Below are positions 12,879-26,728 of a stretch of DNA of 64,000 nt, piece after piece (the first letter of the stretch is position 1; each line of letters starts with the position of its first letter). The notes beneath the pieces were generated by a model. That model did not search any database, was not told the DNA's origin, and was given only the letters and a program-made list of their open reading frames with translations. The position numbers and the translations under genes are program-made. The stretch lies in NCBI RefSeq assembly GCF_006345805.1, contig NC_043001.1:59520001-59584000 (forward strand), read 5' to 3'. Origin of the DNA: Octopus sinensis. Lineage: Eukaryota.

Positions 12879-14305
12879 AAGCCTTGGCCTAAATTATCTG
12901 GCAGTTATGAAAATTAGAGATTATGATTGAAACTCATTCACATGATATTTGAAAGCAATACAATAAACAGTCTTGAGTATATTCCATCAATAATTAATAT
13001 TTTATGTTTTCCTTTTGATTTTATAACCGCTTAATGCGTTTTTGTATATTTTTGCATAAATGGTTGGGACAATTTTCTCCCATTCTATGTGTTATATTAA
13101 CATTTCCCCCCTATTTTCCAGTGACTAATATTTGCTGAAAATGTCTCCGAAGAAACAGAGTTCTGAAGCTCAAACGTTTCAAATCATTGCATTGTTCAGG
13201 AAAAGATTATCCCAAGTCAAAATTGCAAGAAAATTGAAATGCTCGAGAAAATGTCCAAACAACTATTAAAAGGTACAATGAGACCAATTCTTAAAAAAAT
13301 CGTTATGGTCAAGGTCGCAAATATTTTACAAGCCCGAGGGAAGACAGGTTGCTGAATAGGACATCTCTGATCGATAGGAGAGAAACCTATTCTGATGTAG
13401 CCGTCGAATTTCGGCGTGCAACAAACAAAGAGATATCAAGTCGCACAATGAGAAGAAGATTATTTGAAGCTGGCCTCAAAGGATATAAGGCTAGAAAGAA
13501 ATAGTGGCTGTCTGGGGTGAACCAGAAGAAACGATTGTCTTGGGCAAAAGAGCATGCAGATTGGACTGATGAAGTTTGGGCTAAAGTTGCTTGGTCCGAT
13601 GAAGGCCACTTTGAGGTAGGTTCTCAATATTAGTTTCCACCAATTTATTAGGCATAATTGTATTTATGACGCTTGTACACGTTTTTTTATTGGATGCCAA
13701 AAATGATCAGTAAAATTTGTATTTCTTCTCAGATCTTTGGAACCCCTGGAGCTGTTTATGTTCGTCGAAGAGCTGGTAGTGTAATGGTTTGGGGTTACAT
13801 GACTTCTTCAGGTCCAGGAATACTGTTCACTAGTGAGGGCTGAATGAATTCCATTACTTATGACAGCATGTTAGACCTTGTTTACCATGTTTATCAACCT
13901 TCTTTAGGTAAAACTTTCAATGGTAACATACCAGATGGTTAAATCTTCTTACAGGACAATGCCATATGCCACACATTCAGAGTCTCAATGGAGTGGTTTG
14001 AGGAGAAAGGAGTGCAGCTAATAGAATGGCCCCATCAATATCAAGGCCTCAACCCCATTGAACATTTGTGGTCACACTTAGGCACAAGCGTAAGGGTGCA
14101 CAAAAAATGAATTAACAACGAAAATTCATCAAGAAGTTGCAGAAAATTGAATCAACCACTCGTGCCAACTTAGTCTCAAGCATGCAAAAACACATAACAG
14201 CGGTTATAAAAGCAAAAGGAGGATACATCAAATATTAATTATTGATAGAATATACACAAAAATATTTATTGTTACGGAATAAAAGAATATACACAGCCAA
14301 GGCTG
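12879..14305 (+). mobile_element. Tc1-like DNA transposon (DD34E), full-length outline, decayed
   Basis: Ends TA|aagccttggc ... gccaaggctg|TA (inverted termini with TA target), enclosing transposase remnants. Confidence 0.85.
13141..14235 (+). pseudogene. Tc1 transposase pseudogene with a predicted 117-nt GT-AG intron (13616-13732)
   Basis: MSPKKQ..GQGRK..SSRTMRRRLFEAGLKGYKARKK..W..V.WSDEGHFE | IFGTPGAVYVRRRAGSVMVWG..QDNA-x-NPIEHLW with 34 residues between D and E. It contains stops, frameshifts and a deletion. Confidence 0.85.
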
Positions 14306-14329
14306 TATATACTCTTTTATTCTTTATTT

Positions 14330-14520
14330 GATTCAGTCATTTAAATACGGCCATACTGGGGCACCACTTTAAGGAGTTTTAGTCGAACAAATCGACCCCG
14401 GGACTTATTCTTTGTAAGCCCGGTACTTATTTTATTGGTCTTATTTGCCGAAGCGCTAAGTTAGGTACACATGAACACATACTGGGTTAAACTTTTGCCT
14501 ACGGTAGAAAAGGTGATAAA
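14330..14520 (-). mobile_element. 3' half of an abundant SINE; same family at 29040-29445 (+), 31930-32250 (-), 41990-42150 (-), fragments at 44640-44685, 47060-47160, 63620-63670
   Basis: Shared block ttcagtcatt..tgcggccat.ctgg.gcacc..aaatcgacccc.ggacttattctttgtaagc. Confidence 0.75.
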
Positions 14521-14534
14521 ATTAACTCTACAGA

Positions 14535-14755
<221 letters not shown>

Positions 14756-14914
14756 TGCCCTGATGCAGTGCCAAGCAGTGGCTCTCATGGTTTCTAATCT
14801 TAACAGATTGGAAGTGTTATCATGTACATTGTTTTGTCTTGGTATAAAAGATGGGCTACAGCAAACATTCTGCTCAATACCACAGATCTGCTTGTTAGTT
14901 GTTTGACCTTGTTC

Positions 14915-17430
14915 GGGTTTTTTCTCAACAGCACCACCACTACTTGTCTCACAGCACTAGAAAATCTTCCGTTCTGCTGCTAGATGTGGCAGACGTTTGC
15001 CAAGAGACTACTGAACAAGTCTTCATATGAAAATAATGCTCGAAGGGCAGACCATCCCACTTCTCTCTTGCGTAGGCCTTCATCGCATCCCGTATATCTT
15101 TGGCCGTTACCACCATTTTGCAGCACTTCGCATCCCTGGCTGAGCGGCATGGCATGCCTGTGAGATAGGAGGTGAAATTCACCACTGTCCCAGAACTACC
15201 GCGCACCGCATACAGTACGGTAAAGTACCGTTGAAATTCAGCACACATCTGCTTGCACTCGGTTATCATGACCCATCACAGCGAGCCAAAGACCAAATTG
15301 CTGCTTTGTTTTCACGAAGTGCCTCTGCCACTCGGACCTATCGAACGGCTTTTGTCACCTCCCGTCTCAGTGCAAGCGCCCTACCTCTGACAACGCAATT
15401 TCGTGCTTGATATTGAACACAGGCCAATGTCGCCGAAAGCATGTCGATCGCTATGTCTTTCCTAAGCGCCTCTTCTACCTTCCTAACTAGGCCTACCTCA
15501 ATCGTAGATTCCTCTTTCCTTACTAGAACTTAACGCCTCTATTCTAATACCCCTTTTCAGGGCTATTCACCAACGGCTGCTGACGACTGCGCCCTCCAAC
15601 TCTCGATGTACTAACTTGCTAGCCCATCCTTTGAAAGCTGGGCGCGACGGGAAGGACGCGTTCAGCTTCCAGCTTCCGAGCCCCTGTATATGGATCCTAT
15701 TTATGTCGACTGCACAGATCAAATATTTGTGGTCCGCGTAGCCGACGACTTTGAAACATGGACAACTTATACTACTTCTATCTACAAGCCTACAAAATAC
15801 TCTAAATACGATCTGGAAAACCCGATGCGGGTCGACCATGTTACATTGGCGCATTCGGGAAGTCCACTCGGTACCTGGCAGCCAAGTGGAAGCGACTGAG
15901 TAGGTTTGTGAGGCTTTTGCACCCCTTCTGCTATCACCTTATTCAGGCGTGCATCTAAGATGAGGTTCAGCCGCTAGCAGTAAAGAGCATGATGTCCCGG
16001 GAAAACCTCCAAACATCTGAAGAAATCTGGGGATCCCACCCCCGTGCGGACATAAACAGCGACTCGTCTAAATGCACACATCCAGGATCACCAACTGACC
16101 TTCCGGGTCCAGAAAGATCCTTCGAACTTCGAGATCCAGGTCTTTTCTAAACAACACTGCCACTCCGCCATCCATTCCGAGGCCGACTAACAGATGCGTA
16201 GATCTCATAATCATCGAAAATGGGTGCAAGATCGCGTGTGTCAGAAATCCTAGTCTCATTGGCTGCTATCACATCCAAACTTAACGATCTGACGTCATTG
16301 AGCGAGCGACCTTAGTTCCAGTGTAACCACAGTCCGAGAACATTTATGCACCCCACTCTGACAATCACCATAACGGCTGGAAAGGATTGAGGAAAAGAAA
16401 AAAAAGCGGTGTTCCTTACCCTCCTGGATTTGTTGGCAGCTCGGTGACCCGATCTGGCCCCTCTGGGAAATCGGTTAAAACCCGCTTGGTGGCGCGGAGG
16501 TTTGGTCTACCCTCTTCATGCGGGAAGTCCATCTGAATTTCTCTGAATACTTTCAGGGATAACATAAGGTGATCGGGAACACTGATTGTGCTAGTGTCAT
16601 AGATTCTTTTTTTATTTTTTACTTTGTCGTGATCTTCCTCGTCTACACTACGAGATGAGTAGTGGCTAGTGTCTGCATGATCCGTCTCGGAGAGTGTGGA
16701 TGTATCTGTAATAGTGTGAGTAAGCTTGTGTAAGTGCATGCTTTAGGGAGGCGGTGAGGGGTGGTTTGACAGATAACCTGGGTGGTTTTCCCAATTGTTG
16801 TTGTCGGGGGTGAAGCTGCAGTTGTATTAAAAGGTCTCTGTAGGCTACTGGTGTAGCTGTGCACCTTCCGAAGTTTGAAAGCAGAAGGCTCTCAGTTGGT
16901 TTGTGTAACCACATGTGCCATATCTGGGCTTTCAGCCCTCGAAGACGACACGCAATTCCTCCCCATTAGCTTATGAATCAGGTCCGGAATATTTTCAATG
17001 TTTTACTGATTTCACATGGATTAATATTTATAAGTTGATCCCACACCAGTTTTCTCTGCTGCTGCTTTTTACATCGAGAATTGAGTCTGGATCTTGGACC
17101 ACACAAGCGACAATCCAAAAGACGTTTACACCCGGTTGTACGTCATTCACTCTGATTCTCATTGTTCTTTTTGGGAGGTAGGTGGGGTAAAGGACCCACT
17201 CCTCAGTCCACCGGCGTGACACTGCGTGCCTTCGCGCAAAATCCTCGCTTTTAAAAAAAGATCTCAATGCTGAAAACTGCTTTCCCCTTTGAGGGCCTTC
17301 TCAACATGACTAATGGATGCTTTTTCATCCCTCCGTGTTTCGCGTGATTCGCATCTGAAATAAATGGTCTTCTTCAAGTTTGCCTCTACTATTTCGGGTG
17401 TTACTAGTAGTGCGGCCTTACTATCCTCAT
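14915..17430 (-). mobile_element. L1/Tx1-clade LINE: ORF1, apurinic endonuclease and pre-RT region, 3'-truncated and decayed
   Basis: APE motifs GGVAVLFRKDLDL..DPEGQLVILDV and DHKYL..SWKLNASF; pre-RT ECKQMC..YF..LY..DGLPFEHY; upstream ORF1-like LYPTYLPKRTMRIRV..WIVA. Confidence 0.8.
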
Positions 17431-17606
17431 ATTAGATGATATCTTTTACTTTTGTGAGTTCACGCGCTTTGTTATTCAACGGTATCACATACATTTATCT
17501 TTTAGTGTTTGCTACATCAGCAAATCTTTTATTTTTGTTATTGCTTTCGTTGTCGTCGTCGTTGCTGTTTTTGTTACTATTGCTGCTGCATACATACAAT
17601 CGTACA

Positions 17607-17609
<3 letters not shown>

Positions 17610-17637
<28 letters not shown>

Positions 17638-17678
17638 CATACATACATACATACATACATACACACATACATCATACA

Positions 17679-17705
<27 letters not shown>
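17610..17705. repeat. (ACAT)n microsatellite
   Basis: Direct reading. Confidence 0.9.
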
Positions 17706-17710
<5 letters not shown>

Positions 17711-18569
17711 GGTATAGACAGATGTCAGTTAGATAGACAGACATCTTTTTCATTGTCTATGTAATGCATATAGATCTTGCTGATCCTGTATACTAATATG
17801 TCGGACTGTCTACGAAATGATGTCGCTATTCATCGAAATACTTAAACAGCATCCATTTAATGTTACCGACTACGAATGAACACAGTAGCACGCTAGAGGG
17901 ACACAAAGTTGTCATGTTCTCTGTAACTCCAGTTGAAGGCAACATTAATAATTGCTTTCCGTTAAGGCCTATCAGATAACCGGATATACTCTTCAACTGC
18001 GGTTCCATAGTGGCAATTTGATACGGCAATTTCTTTCCTCTTGTCACATCTAACTGCTCTGGACAAAGCAGACCAAGAATGACAGTAAACAACAAACAGC
18101 AGAAGTGTGCAGGGAGCTGTGACAATGACGGAATGCCTTTGGGATTCTAAATAATTTTGATGAATGATATTTTTCTTGAATGACAATAAATACAAAACTA
18201 AAACTCCAATAAATACATAGGCATATCACTAGCGCTGTTCTTCATTCAAGATAATTCTTAGAGATAAGAATAATTCCACATCAAATGACATGAGGCATAG
18301 GATTGTAATGCTATACGTAAATTAGAAGTAAAACTGTCTTAATGCTTAGTTTGTGAAAGAGATGTTCTTTTTCAGTTTATGATGTCTGGCTGTTTATATA
18401 TTTCTGTCCGACGTCTCTTGAGCACGGTGCGTTTGTTATATAATATAATATAATATAATATAATATAATATAATATAATATATATAAAATAATATAATAT
18501 AATATAATATAATATATATGTAATGTAATATAATCTAACATGATATATTAACAATTCTTTCCATTATAG

Positions 18570-18770
18570 GCAAAAGGCCTAAGATTTGGCGGGGCGGGGC
18601 TAGTTGATTACAACTACCCGTGTTCACCTGGTACTTATTTTATCGACACTGAAATGGTGAAAGTCGAAGTCAATCGCGGCGGAATATGAATTCAGAACGA
18701 AAGGACGGAAGATATACCACTAAGCATTTTGCCCGGCCTATTAACGATTGTGTTAGCTCTCCGCCTTAAT
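18570..18770 (-). mobile_element. tRNA-derived SINE, second family; copies also at 19870-20065, 20110-20300, 21160-21345, 26775-26975, 43015-43197 (-) and 35725-35840, 35903-36050 (+)
   Basis: Recurrent block gattacatc.acccc.gtgttcaactggtacttattttatcgac..gaaaggatgaaaggcaaagtcgacc..ggcggaatttgaactcagaacg..ctaacgattctgccagctc. Confidence 0.8.
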
Positions 18771-18780
18771 AATAATAATA

Positions 18781-18815
<35 letters not shown>

Positions 18816-18921
18816 GATGATGATAATAATAATAATAATAATGGGTAGTCATGATGGGTATATTGGGCTTCGTATATTTTACCCCAGTGTCACTTTGATG
18901 GCATGAACTGCTCTCTCACTC

Positions 18922-18968
<47 letters not shown>

Positions 18969-18984
18969 GAAGAAGAAGAAGAAG

Positions 18985-19504
18985 AAGTCCGATTCTATGG
19001 GACTTTCCCGTACATACCGACAAAACTATAAAAGCTAATAAACCGGATATTATTATAAAAGATCAGACAAAAAAGATGTTTATTAATTGACATGAGTATT
19101 CCTTGCGATCACAATATAGCGGCGAAAGAATTTGACAAGATCAATAAATATAAAGACTTGCTAATAGAAATTTAAAAATGTGGCATCTCAAGGCGACTAC
19201 AGTACCAGTGATTGTAGGATCTCTAGGAATGAAAAAAAAGGTACTATTTGAAAATGATCCCATGCTTACTATCCCTACAGGAAGTGCAAAAACTCGTAAT
19301 AACTGGAACGGTTCACGTACTAAGAAGAGCATTATCGCTGTGTAAACAACATCCATTGATGAATTTATTTATTTATTAATTTTTAAATACATATTTTATC
19401 TGTGAATTTGCGCGTGTAATCTGGGAATGCATACAATGAGCTTCTCTGCCCTAGGTGTACGGAAAACACTCGGCGAGAAACGTAAGAAAATTTGAAGAAA
19501 GAAG

Positions 19505-19505
<1 letters not shown>
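18985..19505 (+). mobile_element. 5'-truncated R4/Dong-clade LINE (REL endonuclease end and 3' UTR) with (AAT)n tail
   Basis: WDFPVHTDKTIKANKPDIII..LIDMSIPCDHNIAAKEFDKINKYKDL; the 3' UTR matches 24780-24900. Confidence 0.85.
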
Positions 19506-19868
<363 letters not shown>

Positions 19869-20383
19869 CCTTTGTTCTAAAGGCACAAGGCCTGATATTT
19901 GAGAAGAACTAGGCGATTACATCAACCCCGGTGTTCAACTGGTAGATATTTTATTGAACCCCCAAGGGATGAAAGGCAAAGTCGACCTTAGAATAATTTG
20001 AACTCAGAACGTAAGGAGGAAAGAAATGCCAGCGCGCTAACTATTCTGCCATCTCCCTGCCGTTTTAATGATAGGGTAATGGGTAATAAACACAATAATA
20101 CTTCCTAATATAGGCACAAGGCCAGAAAGTTTGTGGGTGGGGGACTAGTCGATTACATCAACCCCAGTGTTTCACTGGTACTTAATTTATCGACTCCGAA
20201 AGGATGAAAAGCGATGCCAACCTACTCAGAACGTAGTGGCAGACGATATACTGCAAAGTATTTCACACGGCGTGCTAACGATTCTGCCAGCTCACCGCCT
20301 GAAAAAATAAATAAATAAACAAATAAAATAATATTGATAATAATAACAACAACAACAACAGCAACAACAACAACAGCAACAAC

Positions 20384-20416
<33 letters not shown>

Positions 20417-20436
20417 TATTATTATTATTATTATTG

Positions 20437-20986
20437 AGTGAGAGAGCAGTGCATGCCATCAAAGTGACACTGGGGTAAAATATACGAAACCCAGTATACC
20501 CATCATGACTAGCCGTCTGATAAGTAGGCACATGCATCACAACCATATGTGCGCGACATGGTGATCTCATATCAAAATAAACAGCACATGACCTTGCAGG
20601 TGGGGCCCAGTTAGAATTTTCTTCAGGTCGAGTAACCCATCCCACTCGAAAGGTCCCTGAATAAGGGTTGTTTAAGGATGTTGAACGAAACACCCATGTT
20701 TCCAGAGGTGAATTATTCAAACCCCAAAGAATCCCTCTCAACACATGGCTATGATGCTCCCCACTACTTCTGCTCGTGATTAGAGATGCACATATCGTCA
20801 GCCAATAAGGGACATGCTCAACTGGTTAAAGTCAAACAACTGACAAGCAAATCTGTGGCATTGAGCAGAATATTTGCTGTAGCCCATCTTTTATACCAAG
20901 ACAAAACAATGTACATGATAACACTTCCAATCAGTTAAGATCAGAAGCCATGAAAGCTACTGCCTGGTACTGCATCAGGGCATTTA

Positions 20987-20990
<4 letters not shown>
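20437..20990. mobile_element. ~550-bp non-coding interspersed element embedded in (ATT)n; its two ends occur separately, reversed, at 14755-14910 and 18841-18922
   Basis: Three homologous pieces in the window, all bordered by (AAT)n or related triplet tracts. Confidence 0.75.
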
Positions 20991-21026
<36 letters not shown>

Positions 21027-21036
21027 TATTATTATT

Positions 21037-21127
<91 letters not shown>

Positions 21128-21381
21128 TATTATTATTATTATTTCAAGTTTTTGTCTCAAGGGCAGCTTGTGGGAGGTGCAGATGAGTCGATTATATCGC
21201 CCTCAGTGTTCAACTCGTACGGACTTTATCTACTCTGAAGGGTGAAAGGAAAATTCGGCCACGGCAGAATTTGAACTTAGAACGGAACGACGGGCGAAAT
21301 ACCGCTAAGTATTTCGCCCAGTTTGCTAACTACTCTAGCAGCTGACAAACTTATTACTACTACTAATAATAATAATAAAGT

Positions 21382-21415
<34 letters not shown>

Positions 21416-21436
21416 CATCATCATCATCATCATCAT

Positions 21437-21615
21437 GGGACAAACAAATAGGACCTGCAATAAGGGTGGAGCACTTGCAGAAAACAACACTGCTTAGAAC
21501 AGCTCGAATACTTTGGATGGTGCTGGAAAAAGATGGGGTATTACCTTAGTTCACTGGTAGTGAACACCTGGCACCGTAGTAAATCTCCAGCGTTAGAAAC
21601 TGGGCAAAGAGCATA
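21437..21615 (+). mobile_element. Extreme 3' tip of another R4/Dong-like LINE
   Basis: Translation EHLQKTTLLRTARIL..VLE, typical of the REL-LINE C-terminus, then a short UTR and (AAT)n. Confidence 0.6.
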
Positions 21616-21661
21616 AATAATAATGATAATAAATAAATAAATAAATTAATTAATAATAATA

Positions 21662-21751
<90 letters not shown>

Positions 21752-21784
21752 GTAATAATAATAATGATGATGATGATGATGATG

Positions 21785-21845
<61 letters not shown>

Positions 21846-21869
21846 CAACAACAACAACAACAACGACAA

Positions 21870-22800
21870 CACCAACAACAAGAGCTCTCAGAGAATGCAA
21901 TCCTCCATCAAGGCAACAACAACGTCTTCTCAACGATTTGTCGGACATGATTTTTAAAATGAGAATATCTGAAATCTGCTCTCACAAACGAGAATACTAA
22001 AAGCCGAACGCTTAAAAGAATTAAGTATAAAAAAAGAAAAATAATCCAGAATCCTTGTCCGTTACCTGATCGATCCCAATTGAAGTCATGGAATTGTGAA
22101 GGTGGCTATAGAAAATTCAGTAACAGTAATAAATAGTATATCCTTAACGAATAGAAGCTAAGGTTAACGAAGAGTTTCAAAGGCGGAGGTAATAATAATA
22201 AGTTCTACTCAGGAACTTTCAAATGGATAGCGGAACACTTGGTTTTCTCTTCGTTTAAATTCCGGCCTTCCTGTAGTATTCTTGTCGTTTTCGATCGATG
22301 TATAAATATGTGTATATATGCAAGTGCACTGTAACATGTTATTATTTATGTATAATAAATAATGCATACATTGTTAGTGTTATTCTAATACTGGGCGGTT
22401 TTGCTGCGTTTCTTTATGTAGTTTGATTTATTTATCCATCAATTTCTACTAAGATAGATACGCGAGGAAAATTATTATAGAGAAACGAATATAAAACTTT
22501 GGAAACAAGATAAAGGGAGATAATTGAGAAAAACTTGAAAGTGAACGTAAGATTGCAATCATGTAAAGTAAATATCCAAAATCCTTGTCCGGTACCGCAA
22601 TCATGTACAGTAAAGTATCCAAAATCCTTGTCCGGTACCGGATCGTTCCCAAAATGGAAACTCTTCGTACCAATCATAAGGCCAAACATCCCTGAGAGTT
22701 TCATCCGAATACATTCAGCGGTTCTTGAGATATCTTGTCCAGAGACAAAACAAACACAACTGGAAACAATACCTCCGCCATCGCTAAGGGAGAGGTAATA
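21870..22800 (-). mobile_element. One or two Helentron-associated non-autonomous elements (HINE/DINE-like)
   Basis: Minus-strand starts ttattacctccgcc (~22197) and ttattacctct..ggcggaggt (~22797); end ..ggaggattgcattctctgagagctcttgtt; internal aaatatccaaaatccttgtccggtacc duplication. Confidence 0.55.
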
Positions 22801-22951
22801 ATAATATAATAATATAATAATAATAATAATAATATAATAATAATAATAATAATGATAATAATAATAATATATAATAATAATAATAATAATATAATAATAA
22901 TAATAATATAATAATAATAAAAATAATAATAATAATAATATAATAATAATG

Positions 22952-23049
<98 letters not shown>

Positions 23050-23052
23050 TAA

Positions 23053-23116
<64 letters not shown>

Positions 23117-23119
<3 letters not shown>

Positions 23120-24900
23120 GTGAATAAAACAGAACAGGGTATGGGTATAAAATTGCCAATAAAAAAATAAGCCATCTATTTTATATGGATGACTTAAAAC
23201 TCTATGGTAAAGACAATAATGAACTTGAAGGCCTATTGCGCACTGTGAAAGCATTCAGCGATGACATCGGGATGGAGTTTGGACTTGAGAAGTGTGCCAA
23301 GGCCACTTTCCAGAAAGGGAAAGTGAAGACCACAAATTCAGTCGTGTTAGATGTTGACACAGTCATAAGAGAGCTTGAGCAAGAACAAACATACAAATAT
23401 TTAGGGATAAATGAAGGCTCTGGTATTCAGCATGCAAGCATGAAAGAGTAGATCAGGAAGGAATGTTATAGGAGAGTTCGTGCAGTCCTGAAATCTGAAC
23501 TAAATGCACGTAACAAGGTGTTAGCTATAAATTCCTTAGCAGTTCCAGTTGTTACTTATAGCTACAATGTGTTGAACTGAAATATGAGTGAAGTAAAGAA
23601 TATAGATAGGAAAATACGCAAGCTGCTGAGTTGTAATAGGATGCACCACCCAAAGGCAGACGTAGATCGCCTTTACCTTCCCAGAGCCCAAGGAGGTCGA
23701 GGCCTGATCCAATTTGAACTAGCTTACAAAACAACCACAATTGGACTGGCCAAATATCTCGAAATAACGAATGACTGGATACTAAAGCTCGTGGAAAATC
23801 ACGAGAGACGAAAGAAGCTTCATTCTATCATAAAGGAAAGCAAAAAATTTGCTATTGATCTCGTGCAGGATACCCAAATTGAACAACCCGAGGGAAGTAC
23901 GGCAACTATTGTTGCAAAGAAGGTAAAAATAATGGCAACGAAAAAAGCGCACGAGCAATTGGCTGATAGGTGGGAGGAGAAACTTCTGCACGGCAAATAT
24001 GTGGCCCGCAGCAAACAAGCTGATGTTGACCAGAAGCAAACCCATCAGTGGCTACGGATCTCAGGGCTAAAAGCAGAGAGCAAAGGTTTGATCCTGGCTG
24101 CTCAAGATCAAAACCTATTAACCCGGAACTACCAGGCCAATGTGATGAAAAATGGAGCAGACCCAAAATGCCGATTCTGCAACGACATGATTGAAATAGT
24201 GGACCACCTAATCTCTGGATGTAAAGTCTTAGCACCAGTGGAGTATAAATTAAGACATGACAGAGTTGGCCAATATCTACACTGGCTAATAAGTCGGCAT
24301 TACAATATCAAAACTGCCGACAAGTGGTATAATCACCACCCTGAGGCTGTAACTGAAGGAGAAAATGTAACCATTCTGTGGGACTTTCCAGTACATACAG
24401 ACCGAACCATCAAGGCCAATAAACCAGATATTGTTGTGAAAGACCAAAACAATAAATTTTGCTTATTGATCGACATGAGCATCCCCTGTGATCATAATAT
24501 CTCAGCGAAAGAGTTTGACAAGCTCAGAAAATATAAAGACCTACTCATTGAAATTGAGAAAATGTGGCATCTCAAGGCGGTTACAATACCAGTGATCGTA
24601 GGAGCACTAGGAATGATCAAGAAGGGAACCGAAAATTATATGAGAATGATCCCTGGCTTACCATCTCTGCAAGAAGGGCAAAATATTGTCTTAACTGGTA
24701 CATCACACGTATTGAGAAGAGCATTGTCGATGTGAGAACTGTTGCTGCTCATGTATTTTAATTTAACTTAAAAAAAAAAAATTTTTAATGAACGAACTAT
24801 TGAGTTTGGTTTAATGGCCTACCAATGTATACTATGAGTTTCTTTGCCCTAGGAGTCGAGAAGATACTTGGCGAGAAATGGAAGCAAATTTGAAAGAAGA
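23117..24900 (+). mobile_element. 5'-truncated R4/Dong-clade non-LTR retrotransposon inserted in (AAT)n
   Basis: RT YMDD, CCHC knuckle and PD-(D/E)xK endonuclease; (AAT)n on both sides. Confidence 0.92.
23140..24735 (+). pseudogene. RT C-terminal half + zinc knuckle + restriction-like endonuclease, one frame with two nonsense codons (23449, 23578)
   Basis: SHLFYMDDLKLYG..FGLEKC..YKYLG..CRFC..VDHLISGC..RHDRV..ANKPDIV..LLIDMSIP..KY.DL; ORFs 23185-23451 and 23584-24735 are in the same frame. Confidence 0.9.
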
Positions 24901-24932
24901 AAAAAAAAGTAATAATAATAATAATAATGATG

Positions 24933-25003
<71 letters not shown>

Positions 25004-25025
25004 TAAAATAATAATAATAATAATA

Positions 25026-26607
25026 AACAAGAAAGCATCATACTCAGTAACAAAACAGGCAAAGGAATATCTAAGTGAATTTCTAATACAACAAATTTCA
25101 GAATTAGAAGTACTAGAAACAAGCACAGAAAAAATCTAATCATATGAGAACCCGTGCTAAAATTGCTTCCTTAGATATTCTTATTGATAAATAACAAAGA
25201 CAACTTCTCAATAGCAAATACCCAAAGAGAGTTAATAGTGCCGATGTTGACAAAACTTTTACCCTTCAATAGTTAGTGCCTTCTGGCTTAAAATCAGAAA
25301 CAGAATAGTTTATCATAGCAGCCCAAGATCAATGCCTACCTACAAGAAACTACCAGGACAACATATTAAAGAATAGCAGTATACCAACATGTCGTGTGTG
25401 TAAAGAATAAAAGGAAACCATTGATCATGTTGTCTCCATGTGCAGTCTTCTTGCGCCTACAGTGTATGTCAAGAGGCATGATAGAGCAGCACAATATATT
25501 TACTGGGTAATTTACAAAATACCTGGACTTGCCCAATGACTGTAAGATAGATGCAAATAGGCCAGATACTATATTGAAAGACTTTAGACAGAAATCATGC
25601 CTCCTCATTGATATGACTGTCCCAATCGACGTAAATGTATCTGTCAAGATCTACCAAAAACTGAGCGAGTTTAAAGATCTTGAAATAGAAATTTGCAAAA
25701 TATGGAACATCAAGATTAAAACAATACCTGTTATCATAAGAATGATAGCAAAAAAGGTTGATTCATAATTAGCTCATATACCAGGAAACCCCAAAATAGC
25801 AGAAATTGAAAAGATAGTGCTCATGGAAACTACATATATCCTACGTAAAATATGTAATCTATGTAATCTCAAATTTTAAAACACCCTAACCCTAATCTCC
25901 GCCAGGGAAGGAGGTTATGTTTTCATCGGCGTTGGTTTGTCTGTCTGTCCATTGTGTGCAAAATAACTCCAAAAGTTGTGAACGGTATTTAAAGAAACTT
26001 GCAGGATAAGTTTGTAATGACAAAAGGAACAGATGATGAATTTTTACCGATTTTTGAAGGATTTTTCATTTGTTATATTTACTTTACAAGAAGTATTACA
26101 ATGTTACGTTCTTTGATTATCTCCCTTGAAAACACGTTCATCGTTTCCACGTAACATATGGTGGCGTTGCTGTTTTAAGTAATTGTTGTTTCTTTTTAGT
26201 TGTATGGTGAAACTAGTTTGCTGCTGTCATTAATGTATTTTAACTGCTTCAGATGATTACGGTTTTTAAAGGTTTTTTTAAAAAATCATACGGCTGTGTT
26301 ATTTTTTTTTACCTTTACCAAAGAGGTTATATTTTTGCCGACGTTGGTTTGGGAAATTGGGCGATTTTCTGTATGCGTGTATATGGGTGGAAATGAGCTG
26401 CTTTGGCGTAGGTCTGCGCTCTCCGAGTGCTTGTCTAGTTTTCTTATGTCTTCTTAAACATTCTTTAGAGCAATACTTTGTGCAAAACGAAATATATGCC
26501 ACCCTAAGTATAACACCAATATGAACTTCTAACATGTTGTCTCTTGATGTCTCTGGGTGAGACTTGGAGTCAGCTTGTACAAATACAAAGGTAAAATCAA
26601 ACATACA
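25026..26607 (+). mobile_element. Older R4/Dong copy of a different subfamily, interrupted in its 3' UTR
   Basis: LKSETE..AAQDQCLPTRNYQ..CRVC..ETIDHVVS.C..RHD..ANRPD..LIDMTVP; the UTR resumes after 26438 and ends in (AAT)n. Confidence 0.8.
25886..26438 (+). mobile_element. Helentron-associated non-autonomous element nested in the R4 3' UTR
   Basis: 5' ccctaaccctaatctccgccagggaaggaggttatgttttcatcggc; 3' ttggcgtaggtct-gcgctc-tcc-gagtgc-ttgtctagtt (subterminal inverted repeat plus hairpin). Confidence 0.65.
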
Positions 26608-26628
26608 ATCATAATAATAATAATAATG

Positions 26629-26728
<100 letters not shown>

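Noticed and set aside
17826-18125. Signal-peptide-like ORF (MSQLPAHFCCLLFTVILGLL...)
   Set aside because: It starts at TTG rather than ATG, has no recognisable domain and no supporting exons.
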